From positions 192,001 to 256,000 of the forward strand of contig CAVSIV010000006.1 of the NCBI GenBank assembly GCA_963728205.1: a DNA stretch of 64,000 nt, read 5' to 3'. Both the position numbers and the translations under genes were made by a program. Position 1 is the first letter of the stretch; each line of letters opens with the position of its first letter. This DNA is from an uncultured Chloroflexia bacterium. GTDB lineage: Bacteria > Chloroflexota > Dehalococcoidia > UBA2979. Positions 19,059 through 29,803 of this stretch are shown piece by piece. Below the pieces are notes generated by a model. It was given only the letters and a program-made list of their open reading frames with translations, searched no databases and was not told the origin of the DNA.

Positions 19059-19576
19059 GGCGCCGCCTCCGTCCCCGGGCCGGCCGCGGCGCCGTGCTCG
19101 GCGCGCAGGGCGCGCACCTGCGCGGCGTGCTCGCGGTCGTGCTTCGCGAGGAACGCGAGCGCCTCGCGGAAGCTGCGTCGACCGCCGTCGGCGGTGGGCC
19201 GGGCGACGTCGAGGTCGGCGGCGCCCTCGGTGCCCGGGCCGCCGGCGAGCTTGCCGAGCAGCACGAGCGTGGCGTGGCGCGACTGGTCGAGCCACGCGCG
19301 CAGCAGATCGGGCGTCTGCATGTGCACCGGGCGCGTGCGCCGCTCGAGCACGGGCAGCGCGGCGCCGCGGCGCGTGGCGTCCATCCAGCGGCGCACGAAG
19401 TCGTCGTAGATGCCGACGTGCCACGCGACGTCGCGGATCGACCAGCGCTCGTCGCCGGGGCTCGCGGCGGCGGCGGGCGGGCGCAGGAAGTCGTCGGGCG
19501 ACACGCCGTCGAGCGCGGCGAGCAGGTCGGCGCGGGCGGCGTCGAGGTCGGTGCGCAGGTCGTCGAGCGCGCTCAT
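19055..19576 (-). CDS. DinB_2 family protein
   Basis: WSIRDVAWHV, KHDREHAAQV. Confidence 0.82.
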   Translation of the reverse strand: MSALDDLRTDLDAARADLLAALDGVSPDDFLRPPAAAASPGDERWSIRDVAWHVGIYDDFVRRWMDATRRGAALPVLERRTRPVHMQTPDLLRAWLDQSRHATLVLLGKLAGGPGTEGAADLDVARPTADGGRRSFREALAFLAKHDREHAAQVRALRAEHGAAAGPGTEAAP

Positions 19577-19720
19577 CGCGGGGCAGCATACGGGACGCGC
19601 GGCGTGGAGCGCGCGGGGCGCCGCGACGCGAGCGCGGCGCGCACCCGTCGCGTGTAATATCCGCCGCCGAGAGCCCCGGCCGGCGTCCCGCCGCCCGGGC
19701 GGCACGGAGAGGACCGGCGC

Positions 19721-20491
19721 GTGGCGCGTCTCGACGGCAGGGTGGCGCTCGTGACGGGCGCGGGATCGGGCATCGGGCGCGCGATGGCGACACGCCTCGC
19801 CGACGAGGGCGCGGCGGTGATGTGCGCCGACGTCGACGAGGCGGGCGCGCAGGACACGGCGGCGCGCGTCGCGGAGCACGGCGGCCGCGCGGCGGCGCTG
19901 CGCCTCGACGTCACCGACGAGGCGGCGGTGCAGGCGGCGCTCGCACGGACCGTCGACGAGCTGGGCGGGCTCGACGCGATCATGAACAACGCCGGCGTCG
20001 GCGGCGGCTTCGGCTGGGACCGCACGGTGGCGGTGAACCTGAGCGGCGTCTACTACGGGCTGCTGCACGGCGCGGAGCTGCTCGCGCAGCGCGGCGGCGG
20101 CGCGATCGTGAACACGGCGTCGGTGGCGGGGCTGGTCGGGCTCGTGGGCGCGCAGGCGGCGGCGGCCGCGGAGGCGCCGCTCGCGCCGGGCGCGGGCGCG
20201 TACGTCGCGGCGAAGCACGGCGTGGTGGGGCTGACGCGGCAGTTCGCGCTGCACTTCGCGCGACGCGGCGTGCGCGTGAACGCGATCTGCCCCGGGTACA
20301 TCGACACCCCGATGATCGCCGGCATCACCGGCGTGGACGCGGGGCGCCAGTTCCTGGAGTCGCTGCACCCGATGGGGCGGCTCGGCCGCGCGGAGGAGAT
20401 CGCGGCGGCGGCGGCGTTCCTGGCGTCGGACGACGCGTCGTTCATCACCGGCGTGGCGCTGCCCGTCGACGGCGGGTACACCGCGCGATGA
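19721..20491 (+). CDS. SDR oxidoreductase
   Basis: TGAGSGIG, NNAG, YVAAKHG, PVDGG. Confidence 0.93.
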   Translation: MARLDGRVALVTGAGSGIGRAMATRLADEGAAVMCADVDEAGAQDTAARVAEHGGRAAALRLDVTDEAAVQAALARTVDELGGLDAIMNNAGVGGGFGWDRTVAVNLSGVYYGLLHGAELLAQRGGGAIVNTASVAGLVGLVGAQAAAAAEAPLAPGAGAYVAAKHGVVGLTRQFALHFARRGVRVNAICPGYIDTPMIAGITGVDAGRQFLESLHPMGRLGRAEEIAAAAAFLASDDASFITGVALPVDGGYTAR

Positions 20492-20609
20492 ACGAGATCG
20501 CACGTTCGAGCGGCACCTGGCAGGGTGCCGCTCGAGGCACGCGACGGGGCCACCCGACGATCGGCACCGTACCCGGTGCCGCTCGACGCACGCGGTCGGG
20601 GCGCGCGCG

Positions 20610-23006
20610 ATGACCACCCCCCGCATGCGCCCGCTCGAGGACGTCGTGGTGATCGAGGCGACCCAGGGCGTGGCCGGCGCGTACGCCGGGCGCCTCTACG
20701 CCGACCTCGGCGCGCGCGTGATCAAGATGGAGCCGCCGGGGGGCGACCGCCTGCGCCGGCTCGGGCCGTTCGCCGGCGACGTCGCGGACCCGGAGCGCGG
20801 CGGCCTGCACCTGGCACTCGACGCCGGCAAGGAGAGCGTCGTCGCCGACCTCGACACGGCGGACGGCGTGGCGCGGCTGCGCGGCCTGCTTGCCGGCGCC
20901 GACGTGCTGCTGGAGTCCGCGGGGCCGGGCACGATGGCGGCGCGCGGGCTCGGCGCCGAGACGCTGCTCTGGGATCACCCGTGGCTCGTGGTCGGCTCGC
21001 ACACGCCCTTCGGCCAGGACGGGCCGTACGCCGAGCGCGCGACGAGCGAGATCGTCGACTACGCGATGGGCGGCTACCTCTTCTTCTCGGGCTCGCCCGA
21101 GCACCACCCACTGCTCGTGCCCGGCCACCAGGGCGAGCTGCACGCCGGCATGCAGCTGGCGACCGGCACGCTGCTCGCGCTGTGGCACGCGCGGCAGACC
21201 GGCGCCGGGCAGCACGTCGACGTCTCGACGTTCGAGTCGATGCTGAACGCGCACAGCTGGCTGACGACGTGGTGGACGCACGAGGGCGAGGTGCAGACGC
21301 GCCTGCCGACGACGATCCTGCGCTGCGCGGACGGCCACTTCTTCTGGTTCCCGCGGCCGGACCCGCAGGTGTTCGCGCTGATCGAGCGGCTCGACCTGAT
21401 GGACGACCCGCGCATGCAGACGGTGCTCGGCTTCCGCGCCGCCGTGCAGGAGGTGCGGGACGCGTTCGAGCGCTGGGCGGCGGGGCGAACGAAGGCGGAG
21501 ATCTACCACACGGCGCAGTCGATGCGGATCGCGGTCACGCCGGTGAACACGGCGGCGGACCTCGCGGCATCGGGGCAGCTGGCGGAGCGCGGGTGGTGGC
21601 GCGCGGTGGAGCACCCGCTGGCGGGTCGGCTGGAGCTGCCGGGGCCGCCGTGGAACTTCAGCGACGCGCACGCGGGGCCGGTCGCGCCGGCGCCGCAGCT
21701 CGACGCCGACGCCGCCGCGCCGCCGCCGGCGCGCGCGCGGCGCGAGCCGCCGCACCCGGCGCGCGGCGACGCCGGGCCGCTGGCCGGCGTGCGCGTGCTC
21801 GAGGTGACCGCGAACTGGGCGGGGCCGCTGGCGGGGCGCCACCTCGGCGACCTCGGCGCCGACGTGATCAAGATCGAGCTCGCACGCCGCCCGGCCACGC
21901 GCGCGCTGCACCCGCCCGGCAACCAGCCGTGGAACACCGGCTACAACCGCGCCGGCTACTTCAACCTGCTCAACCGCAACAAGCGCGACCTCGTGCTCGA
22001 CCTCTCGTCCGACGAGGGCCGCGAGCTCTTCCTGCGCATGGTCGAGCGGGCCGACGTCGTGCTCGAGAACAACAGCGCGCGCGTCTTCCCCAACCTCGGG
22101 CTCGCCTACGCGACGCTCGCCGAGCGCAACCCGCGCATCATCATGTGCTCGATGTCGGGCATGGGCGGCAGCGGGCCGGAGATGCACTACCTGGCGTACG
22201 GCTCGAACGTCGAGGCGTCGAGCGGGCTCGTCTCGCAGCTCGGCTACGGCGACGGCGACCTCTACGGCACGGGCTCGTTCTACGCCGACCCGATCTGCGG
22301 GACGCACGGCACGATCGGGATCATGGCGGCGCTGATGCAGCGCGAGCGCACCGGGCGCGGTCAGTTCATCGACATGTCGCTGCAGGAGTCGGGCATCGCG
22401 TTCCAGGTCGAGGCGATCATGGACTACCGGCTGAACGGCCGCGTGGCCGGGCCGGCGAACAACCGCTCGCGGCGCATCGCGCCGCAGGGCGTGTACCGGA
22501 GCGTGGGCGACGACTGCTGGCTGGCGATCGGGGTGGAGACCGACGAGCAGTGGCGCGGGCTGTGCGCGGTGCTCGACCGGCCGGACCTGGCGCGGCGGTA
22601 CGCGACGGTGGAGGCGCGGCTGGCGGCGCACGACGCGATCGACGCGGCGATCGAGCAGTGGAGCGTGACGCTCGACCACCAGCGCGCGACGCGCCGGCTC
22701 CAGGACGCGGGCGTGCCGGCGGGGCCGGTGCTCGCGAACTGGGAGATCGTGAGCGATCCGCACCTCTTCGCGCGCGGCTACTTCGTGGACGTCGTGCACG
22801 CGGACGTCGGGCACTACCGCTGGGACGGCTACCCGTGGCGGCTGTCGCGCACGCCGGGCCGCGTGACGCGCGCGGCGCCGCTGTTCGGCGAGCACAACGA
22901 GGAGGTGCTCCGCGAGCTGGCCGGCTGCGGCGAGGAGCAGGTCGTCGCGCTGCACGCGCGCGGCGTGATCGCCGACGTGCCGGAGGTGCCGGCGGCTCTC
23001 GGGTAG
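20610..23006 (+). CDS. Tandem (two-domain) CaiB/BaiF CoA-transferase
   Basis: Two class III CoA-transferase repeats (ADLGARVIKMEP...GKES; GDLGADVIKIE...NRNKRD). Confidence 0.93.
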   Translation: MTTPRMRPLEDVVVIEATQGVAGAYAGRLYADLGARVIKMEPPGGDRLRRLGPFAGDVADPERGGLHLALDAGKESVVADLDTADGVARLRGLLAGADVLLESAGPGTMAARGLGAETLLWDHPWLVVGSHTPFGQDGPYAERATSEIVDYAMGGYLFFSGSPEHHPLLVPGHQGELHAGMQLATGTLLALWHARQTGAGQHVDVSTFESMLNAHSWLTTWWTHEGEVQTRLPTTILRCADGHFFWFPRPDPQVFALIERLDLMDDPRMQTVLGFRAAVQEVRDAFERWAAGRTKAEIYHTAQSMRIAVTPVNTAADLAASGQLAERGWWRAVEHPLAGRLELPGPPWNFSDAHAGPVAPAPQLDADAAAPPPARARREPPHPARGDAGPLAGVRVLEVTANWAGPLAGRHLGDLGADVIKIELARRPATRALHPPGNQPWNTGYNRAGYFNLLNRNKRDLVLDLSSDEGRELFLRMVERADVVLENNSARVFPNLGLAYATLAERNPRIIMCSMSGMGGSGPEMHYLAYGSNVEASSGLVSQLGYGDGDLYGTGSFYADPICGTHGTIGIMAALMQRERTGRGQFIDMSLQESGIAFQVEAIMDYRLNGRVAGPANNRSRRIAPQGVYRSVGDDCWLAIGVETDEQWRGLCAVLDRPDLARRYATVEARLAAHDAIDAAIEQWSVTLDHQRATRRLQDAGVPAGPVLANWEIVSDPHLFARGYFVDVVHADVGHYRWDGYPWRLSRTPGRVTRAAPLFGEHNEEVLRELAGCGEEQVVALHARGVIADVPEVPAALG

Positions 23007-23029
23007 CCGCCGCGGGGCCCTCGCCGCAA

Positions 23030-23105
23030 GCGGCGGCAGACACGCCGCCGATTTCGGCGCGGCCCGCGGGGCCGCGACAATGTCGGCGGCATATCTGCCG
23101 CCGCT
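23030..23105. repeat. REP-like family B, inverted pair
   Basis: GCGGCGGCAGACACGCCGCCGA and inverted TGTCGGCGGCATATCTGCCGCCGCT. Confidence 0.75.
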
Positions 23106-23280
23106 GAGCGAGCACCGTCGCGGGCGGCGCGGCCCCGCGTGGGGCATGCGCGAGGGCCGTGCGCTCGCGCGAGACCGCGCCCGCGCGCGGAACCGCCGGC
23201 GCGCGCGCGACGTCTGATCGCCAACGACACCCACGGCAGCGCTCACGACTGCCGCTCGCCCCGGAACAGCGAGGCAGGCC

Positions 23281-23706
23281 ATGCGGACACCACGGATCAT
23301 CGTCGCGGTCGCGCTCTCGGGACTGCTGCTGCTCGCGACCGCGTGCATCGACGAGCGCACGTCCACGCAGCCGCCGTCACCGACCGTGACGCATCGCGTG
23401 CTCGCGCCGATCGTCGACGCCGCGATCGTCACCACCCCCGGCTCGCCGACCGGCTACGCGGTGCGCGTGGAGTCGGCGCTGCCGAACGGCTGCCACCACT
23501 TCGCGGGCGCCTTCGTCCAGCGGCCGAGCGACGACGAGATCCGCGTGCAGGTCGAGAACGAGGTGCCCGCCGACCCGCACGTCGCATGCACGATGATCTA
23601 CGGCACACACGTCGAGGTGGTGGACCTCGGCTCGAACTTCGTCGCCGGGCGCAGCTACACGGTGATCGTGAACGGCGAGCGCACCCTCGAGTTCACCGCG
23701 CGCTGA
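23281..23706 (+). CDS. Lipoprotein of unknown function
   Basis: Signal peptide with lipobox LATAC; Cys pair PNGC...ACTMIY. Confidence 0.75.
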   Translation: MRTPRIIVAVALSGLLLLATACIDERTSTQPPSPTVTHRVLAPIVDAAIVTTPGSPTGYAVRVESALPNGCHHFAGAFVQRPSDDEIRVQVENEVPADPHVACTMIYGTHVEVVDLGSNFVAGRSYTVIVNGERTLEFTAR

Positions 23707-23729
23707 GGCGCGTCCCGGCGGCCCCGCGG

Positions 23730-24116
23730 TCAGGCCAGCTCGAGGTCGGTCTGCGCGAAGTCGTCGCCGGTGCAGAGCAGCGGCCGCCGCGCCGCCTGCG
23801 CGACCGCGTACGACAGGCAGTCGCCGAAGTTGAGGCCGGCCGGGTGGTTGCCGCGGCCGAAGCGGCGCCACGCGTCGATCGCGATGCGCGCCTCCGCCGG
23901 GCCGATCGGCACGACCTCGACGCGGAAGTCGACGAGCAGCGACGCGAGGAAGGCCGAGCCCTGCGCCGGCATGCGCGCGCCGAGCACGATGCCGGCTTCG
24001 ACGAGCGTCGGCGCGCCGATGGCGAGCGGTTCGCCGCGCGACAGCGCCTCGCGCAGGCGCGGCGCTTCGGGCTCGTCGAACGCGATCGCGACGATGGCCG
24101 ACGCGTCGAGGATCAC
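23730..24116 (-). CDS. vapC: VapC PIN-domain toxin
   Basis: MILDASAIVAI, LNFGDCLSYA, TGDDFAQTD. Confidence 0.93.
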   Translation of the reverse strand: MILDASAIVAIAFDEPEAPRLREALSRGEPLAIGAPTLVEAGIVLGARMPAQGSAFLASLLVDFRVEVVPIGPAEARIAIDAWRRFGRGNHPAGLNFGDCLSYAVAQAARRPLLCTGDDFAQTDLELA

Positions 24117-24385
24117 ACGCCGTGCCGTCCGTAGCCGAGGATCTCGTCCTCCTCCTCGCGGCTGAGGCGGCGGCCGCGCTCGCCCGGCGGGAGGTGTGGC
24201 CAGACCTCGGACTCGAGGTAGCGCCAGAACATGTCCACCTCCGCGCGGCGCGCCGCGCCCGTGTCCAGGCGCGCCAGGCGCTCCTCGAGCGCGCGGCGAA
24301 CGGCCTCGGTCTTCGTCTCGCCGGTGCGCTCGGCGACCTCGGCCGCGAGCTGCTCGACGCGACGGTTCTTCAGGTTGAGGGCCAT
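24113..24385 (-). CDS. vapB: VapB antitoxin
   Basis: MALNLKN...TGETKTEAVRRALEERL; 4-nt overlap with vapC. Confidence 0.9.
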   Translation of the reverse strand: MALNLKNRRVEQLAAEVAERTGETKTEAVRRALEERLARLDTGAARRAEVDMFWRYLESEVWPHLPPGERGRRLSREEEDEILGYGRHGV

Positions 24386-24534
24386 GGCGCCCCTCCTCGT
24401 GGCGTTACACCATCACACCGAATGTTACACCATCATACCATTCCCGCCTGCGATCTCGCGCTCAGCCGGCGCGCGATCCATGCTGGGCGCCCACCCGCGC
24501 GCCGCGCGCGCCATCACCGCACGAGGAGACGACG

Positions 24535-25419
24535 ATGCCCGACCCCGCCACCCCGGCCCCCACGCCCGAGGCCGAGCGCGACCCGAACAAGCGCTACACG
24601 CCCGAGGGCATCGAGGTCCCCGCGCCCTCGGAGAACGACGTCCTCTACGAGGCGCGCGACGGCATCGCGTGGATCACGTTCAACCGGCCGCTGGTGCTGA
24701 ACGCGGTCGACTGGTCGCTCACGCTGCACTTCGGCCGCGCGCTCGAGCGCGCCGACGCCGACGACGCGATCCGCGCGGTGATCGTGCGCGGCGCGGGTCG
24801 CGCGTTCTGCGCGGGCGGCGACCTGCAGTCATCGCCGCGCCCGGAGGGGCTGGAGATCCCCGGGATGCCCGAGGTGATGCAGCGCGCGTGGCGCATGCCG
24901 AAGCCGGTGATCGCGGCGGTGCGTGGCCACGCGGTCGGCCAGGGCTGCGAGATCGCCGGGATGTGCGACCTCACGATCGCCGCCGACGACGCGAAGTTCG
25001 GCGAGATCCAGGTCCGCCACGGCTTCGGCCCGCCGATGCTGATCGCGCCGTTCCTCGTCGGCCTCAAGGCCGCGAAGGAGCTGCTGATGCTCGGCGAGAT
25101 CGTCGAGGCGCAGGACGCGTTGCGGATGGGCCTCTGCAACCGGGTGGTCCCCGCGGACCGGCTCGACGCCGAGGCGGAGCAGATGGCGAAGCGGCTGGCG
25201 TCGCTGCCGGCGACGGCGGTCGCGCTGAACAAATTGCTCGTGAACCGCTCGTACGAGCTCGCCGCGATGGCGCAGGCGATGGACTACCGCAGCGACGCCG
25301 CGCTGGCGCAGCTCTCCGGCCGCACGCGCGACGACCAGGTCGCCGCCGAGCGGCTGCGCACGCTGCGCGAGCAGGGCTGGAACGCGTTCAAGGAGCAGCG
25401 CGACGAGGCGTTCAATTAG
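24535..25419 (+). CDS. Enoyl-CoA hydratase/isomerase
   Basis: ITFNRP, AFCAGGDL, KPVIAAVRGHAVGQG. Confidence 0.92.
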   Translation: MPDPATPAPTPEAERDPNKRYTPEGIEVPAPSENDVLYEARDGIAWITFNRPLVLNAVDWSLTLHFGRALERADADDAIRAVIVRGAGRAFCAGGDLQSSPRPEGLEIPGMPEVMQRAWRMPKPVIAAVRGHAVGQGCEIAGMCDLTIAADDAKFGEIQVRHGFGPPMLIAPFLVGLKAAKELLMLGEIVEAQDALRMGLCNRVVPADRLDAEAEQMAKRLASLPATAVALNKLLVNRSYELAAMAQAMDYRSDAALAQLSGRTRDDQVAAERLRTLREQGWNAFKEQRDEAFN

Positions 25420-25561
25420 CGGCGCTCTGATCCTCCTCCGCCCGTGTCGGCGGACGCCGGCACGGGCTCCGTCGGCGCGCCGTCGGGCGGAGGGGGTTCG
25501 GCGGCGGCGTTGAAGCGATGGCGACGCGGTGCGTCGGCCGCTCGCCGGCCCTTCGCTCCGC

Positions 25562-26074
25562 CTACGCCTTCAGGCGCAGGCGGAAGAACGCCAGCGGCTC
25601 GTTCTCGATCAGCGCCTCCGGGGTTCGCCGGAAACCGAGCTTCGTGAGCACATGCTGTGACGCCTCGTGGCGCGGGTCCGTCGTGGCCACGATGGTCGCG
25701 AGCGACAGCTCCTCACGAGCCAACGCCACGCACGCGCTCCCAACCTCCGTTGCGAGGCCCCTGCCCCAGTAGTCGGGCGTCAGCGCGTAGCCGAGCTCCA
25801 CTTCGTCGACGCCGGACACGGGAAGGTGTCGCAGGACGGCTCTCCCGATCGCGGCGCTCCCGCCGCCCTCGCGCAGCATCCAGACGCCGAATCCGAACCG
25901 TTCCCAGTGCTCCAGGTTTCGGGCGAGGTAATCCCGAGTCTGCGCCCGATCGCGGGTCCCGCCGAGGAACGCCATGAACCGCGGATCAGCGTGCATCCGC
26001 ACGAGGTCATCGTAGTGCTCGCGACGGAGCCTCTCGGCGTGCAGCCGCTCCGACGAGAAGGTCTCGATCGCCAC
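25562..26074 (-). CDS. GNAT N-acetyltransferase (RimJ/RimL-like)
   Basis: EVELGYALTPDYWGRGLATE, ASQHVLTKLGF; GGAGG RBS. Confidence 0.9.
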   Translation of the reverse strand: MAIETFSSERLHAERLRREHYDDLVRMHADPRFMAFLGGTRDRAQTRDYLARNLEHWERFGFGVWMLREGGGSAAIGRAVLRHLPVSGVDEVELGYALTPDYWGRGLATEVGSACVALAREELSLATIVATTDPRHEASQHVLTKLGFRRTPEALIENEPLAFFRLRLKA

Positions 26075-26278
26075 GAGGACCGCCCTCCGGAGCCCGGGAC
26101 CGCAACCGGCGCACCCACCGGTAGCGCATCTGCCGGCCGGTCGCACCGCGCGCACCGCCGTGGGGGGACGAAGAAGCCGCCCCCGGGGGCGTCGCTGCTT
26201 TCACGGGCCGGCCACCTCGCGCCGACGGGGCGGGCGCCGGCGTGAGCCGACGCGCGGTCGGCGGCGTATCCGCCGCCG

Positions 26279-26662
26279 CTAGCTCCAGCGCGCGAGCTTC
26301 GGCAGCTCCTTCTTCAGGTCGAGCCGCGTCTTGCCGATCGCCTGCTTGCGCTGGGCGGCGATGCGCGCGACGGCGGCGTGGATGAACTCCTCGGGCGTCT
26401 TCACGTCCTCGGTGAACTTACCGTCCCGATAGCAGCCCGCGCAGTACTGCTCGGTCATCGCGCCACTCTTCTCGGTGCCGAAGTCCGGGTCGCGGCGCAT
26501 GTTGAAGCCGCACGACTGGCAGAAGAGGTTGTCGCGACCCTTCGCGAAGTCCTTCATGTACTCGCGGCTGCCGCCCCCGCGCTTCACGGAGGTCGCGCGG
26601 ACCTTCGTCGCTCCGGCCGGCTTCTTCGCCGCCGTGCCGGGGGTGTTCTTCGCCGTGGGCAT
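26279..26662 (-). CDS. Zinc-ribbon domain protein
   Basis: FCQSCG...DFGTEKSG...YCAGCYRDGKF...LPKLARW. Confidence 0.85.
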   Translation of the reverse strand: MPTAKNTPGTAAKKPAGATKVRATSVKRGGGSREYMKDFAKGRDNLFCQSCGFNMRRDPDFGTEKSGAMTEQYCAGCYRDGKFTEDVKTPEEFIHAAVARIAAQRKQAIGKTRLDLKKELPKLARWS

Positions 26663-26969
26663 GCAGTCCTCCTCCCGCCGCGCGCCCGGCGGGGCGCATA
26701 CAGCGTGTATGTGTACGGTCGCGGCCCATGATAACGGATCGTCCCCGAGCGAGAGCCCCGGGCGAGATCCCGTGCCCTGTCGCGTGCGCGACGCCGAGGA
26801 CGCTCCCCGCCCCCTGCGTCGCGCTCTTCGCGTCAGCGGCCCATCGCATCCTCATGCCGACCGCGCGCTCGCCGGAGCCCGCCGCGCGCGCGAGCGCGCC
26901 GCGGGCGCAGGCAGAGAGGGAGCCGGCGCGGCCGTCCTCGGCGGCGCCCGCGACCGGTAGCGCGGCGAA

Positions 26970-27290
26970 TCACTGCAGCGGCGACTTCGGCGTCGGCGTG
27001 AGGCGCGTCACGCGGATCTGCTCGCGGTCCATCAGCTCGGGGATGCGCGGGCCGATGTTCGTCTTCCAGTGGTCGCTCTCGTAGACCGCCGCGTAGAGGC
27101 GCTTGCGCTCGTCCTCGTCGGCGAAGCGGCGGATCCACACGTAGACCGACTCGTCGTCCTCGCCGACGAAGCTGCCGAGGATCACCATCCCCTGCGCGAC
27201 CTGGAAGGGGATGACCTCGTCCTCCATCAGCCGCACCCACGCCTCCCGGCAGCCCGGCCGGATGTGGTACTGGCGCAGTTCGAAGAGCAT
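26970..27290 (-). CDS. NIPSNAP family protein
   Basis: FELRQYHIRPG, YVWIRRF, LTPTPKS. Confidence 0.9.
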   Translation of the reverse strand: MLFELRQYHIRPGCREAWVRLMEDEVIPFQVAQGMVILGSFVGEDDESVYVWIRRFADEDERKRLYAAVYESDHWKTNIGPRIPELMDREQIRVTRLTPTPKSPLQ

Positions 27291-27436
27291 CGGTGAGCCT
27301 TTCCCGTGTCCGACGGTGACGCGGGCGTTCATACGTGCGCGCGGCGCGCGTGGCAAGCCGGGTCCGCGGATCGGACAGTTTCCCGCACGCCGGGCCGCGG
27401 TATCCTGCGGCCGTATCCGTCACGAAGGGGGGAACC

Positions 27437-28648
<1,212 letters not shown>

Positions 28649-28665
28649 CCCCCCCTGCATGTCCG

Positions 28666-28784
28666 GGCGCGCGGCGGGCTTCAGGCCCGCCGTGTGCAGT
28701 GGCCGCCTCGACCCGCGTGAGGCGGCCACCTCCATACCCCGGAGGCGTGCACGAGCCACGGCGGCCTGAGGCCCGCCGCGCGCC
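28666..28784. repeat. REP-like family C, inverted pair
   Basis: GGCGCGCGGCGGGCTTCAGGCCCGCCGTGTGCAG (28666-28699) with a degenerate inverted copy at ~28757-28784. Confidence 0.7.
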
Positions 28785-28834
28785 GGCGCGGCGGACCCGG
28801 GGCCCGCGGCGCCGTCCGCGGTACAGTCCCCCGC

Positions 28835-29581
28835 ATGCTCGACGCCTTCCAGGAGTTCCACGACCCGCGCCTCGTCGCGCTCTACGACGCGTGGGACGAG
28901 TCCCGGCGCGACTTCGACTTCTACCTGGCGCTCGCCGCCGAGCTCGGCGCGGCCACCGTCGTCGACATCGGCTGCGGCACGGGTGCGCTCGCCTGCCTGT
29001 TCGCCGCGCGCGGGCTACGGGTCACCGGCATCGATCCCGCGACCGCAATGCTCGAGGTCGCGCGCGCCCGCTCCGGGGGCGACGCTGTGTCCTGGCTCTG
29101 CGGCGACGCATCCGTGTACGCCGGGCCGGCGGCGGACCTCGTCGTGATGACCGCCCATGTCGCGCAGGTGATCGCCGACGAGGACGCCTGGCACGCGACG
29201 CTCGCCGCCGCCCGCCACGGGCTGCGCCCGGGCGGGCACGTCGCGTTCGAGAGCCGCAACCCGGTGGCGCAGGCGTGGCGCACGTGGACGCCCGAGGCGA
29301 CGCGCCGCCGTATGACGGACACGCCGTTCGGCGCCGTCGACGCGTGGTGGGAGCTCATCGACGTGGACGGCGACCTCGTGCGCACGGAGATCCGCTACCG
29401 CTTCGCCGCGACCGGCGAGGAGCTCGTCTCGTCGAACGCGCTGCGCTTCCGCTCGCGCGCGGCCATCGAGCGGGAGGTCGCGGAGGCGGGCTTCGCGGTC
29501 GAGCGCGTGTACGGAGACTGGGATCGCTCGCCGGTCGACGCCGGGAGCCCGGAGCTGATCTTCGTCGCGCGGCGCGACTGA
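28835..29581 (+). CDS. Class I SAM-dependent methyltransferase
   Basis: VVDIGCGTG, LRPGGHVAFESRNP. Confidence 0.9.
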   Translation: MLDAFQEFHDPRLVALYDAWDESRRDFDFYLALAAELGAATVVDIGCGTGALACLFAARGLRVTGIDPATAMLEVARARSGGDAVSWLCGDASVYAGPAADLVVMTAHVAQVIADEDAWHATLAAARHGLRPGGHVAFESRNPVAQAWRTWTPEATRRRMTDTPFGAVDAWWELIDVDGDLVRTEIRYRFAATGEELVSSNALRFRSRAAIEREVAEAGFAVERVYGDWDRSPVDAGSPELIFVARRD

Positions 29582-29598
29582 CGAGACGCGGCCCTCCC

Positions 29599-29748
29599 GG
29601 CGCGCGGCGCGCTTCAGGCGCGCCGTGTGCAGCGCGCGCCTCTCGGCATGCGCCCCGGGGGGCCATGCGCGGATGAACGTCACCCAAAGCGGCGGCAGAT
29701 ATGCCGCCGCTTTGACGTTCCGACGAGGCCTGAAGCCCGCCGTGCGCC
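29599..29748. repeat. REP-like family C pair enclosing a family B copy
   Basis: GGCGCGCGGCGCGCTTCAGGCGCGCCGTGTGCAG (29599-29632), AGCGGCGGCAGATATGCCGCCG (~29688-29709), inverted GGCCTGAAGCCCGCCG (~29727-29742). Confidence 0.7.
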
Positions 29749-29803
29749 AGGAAGGCCGGGGCGATGCCCCGGCCTTCCCTCGCTCTCGAACCTCGCGGTT
29801 CGG

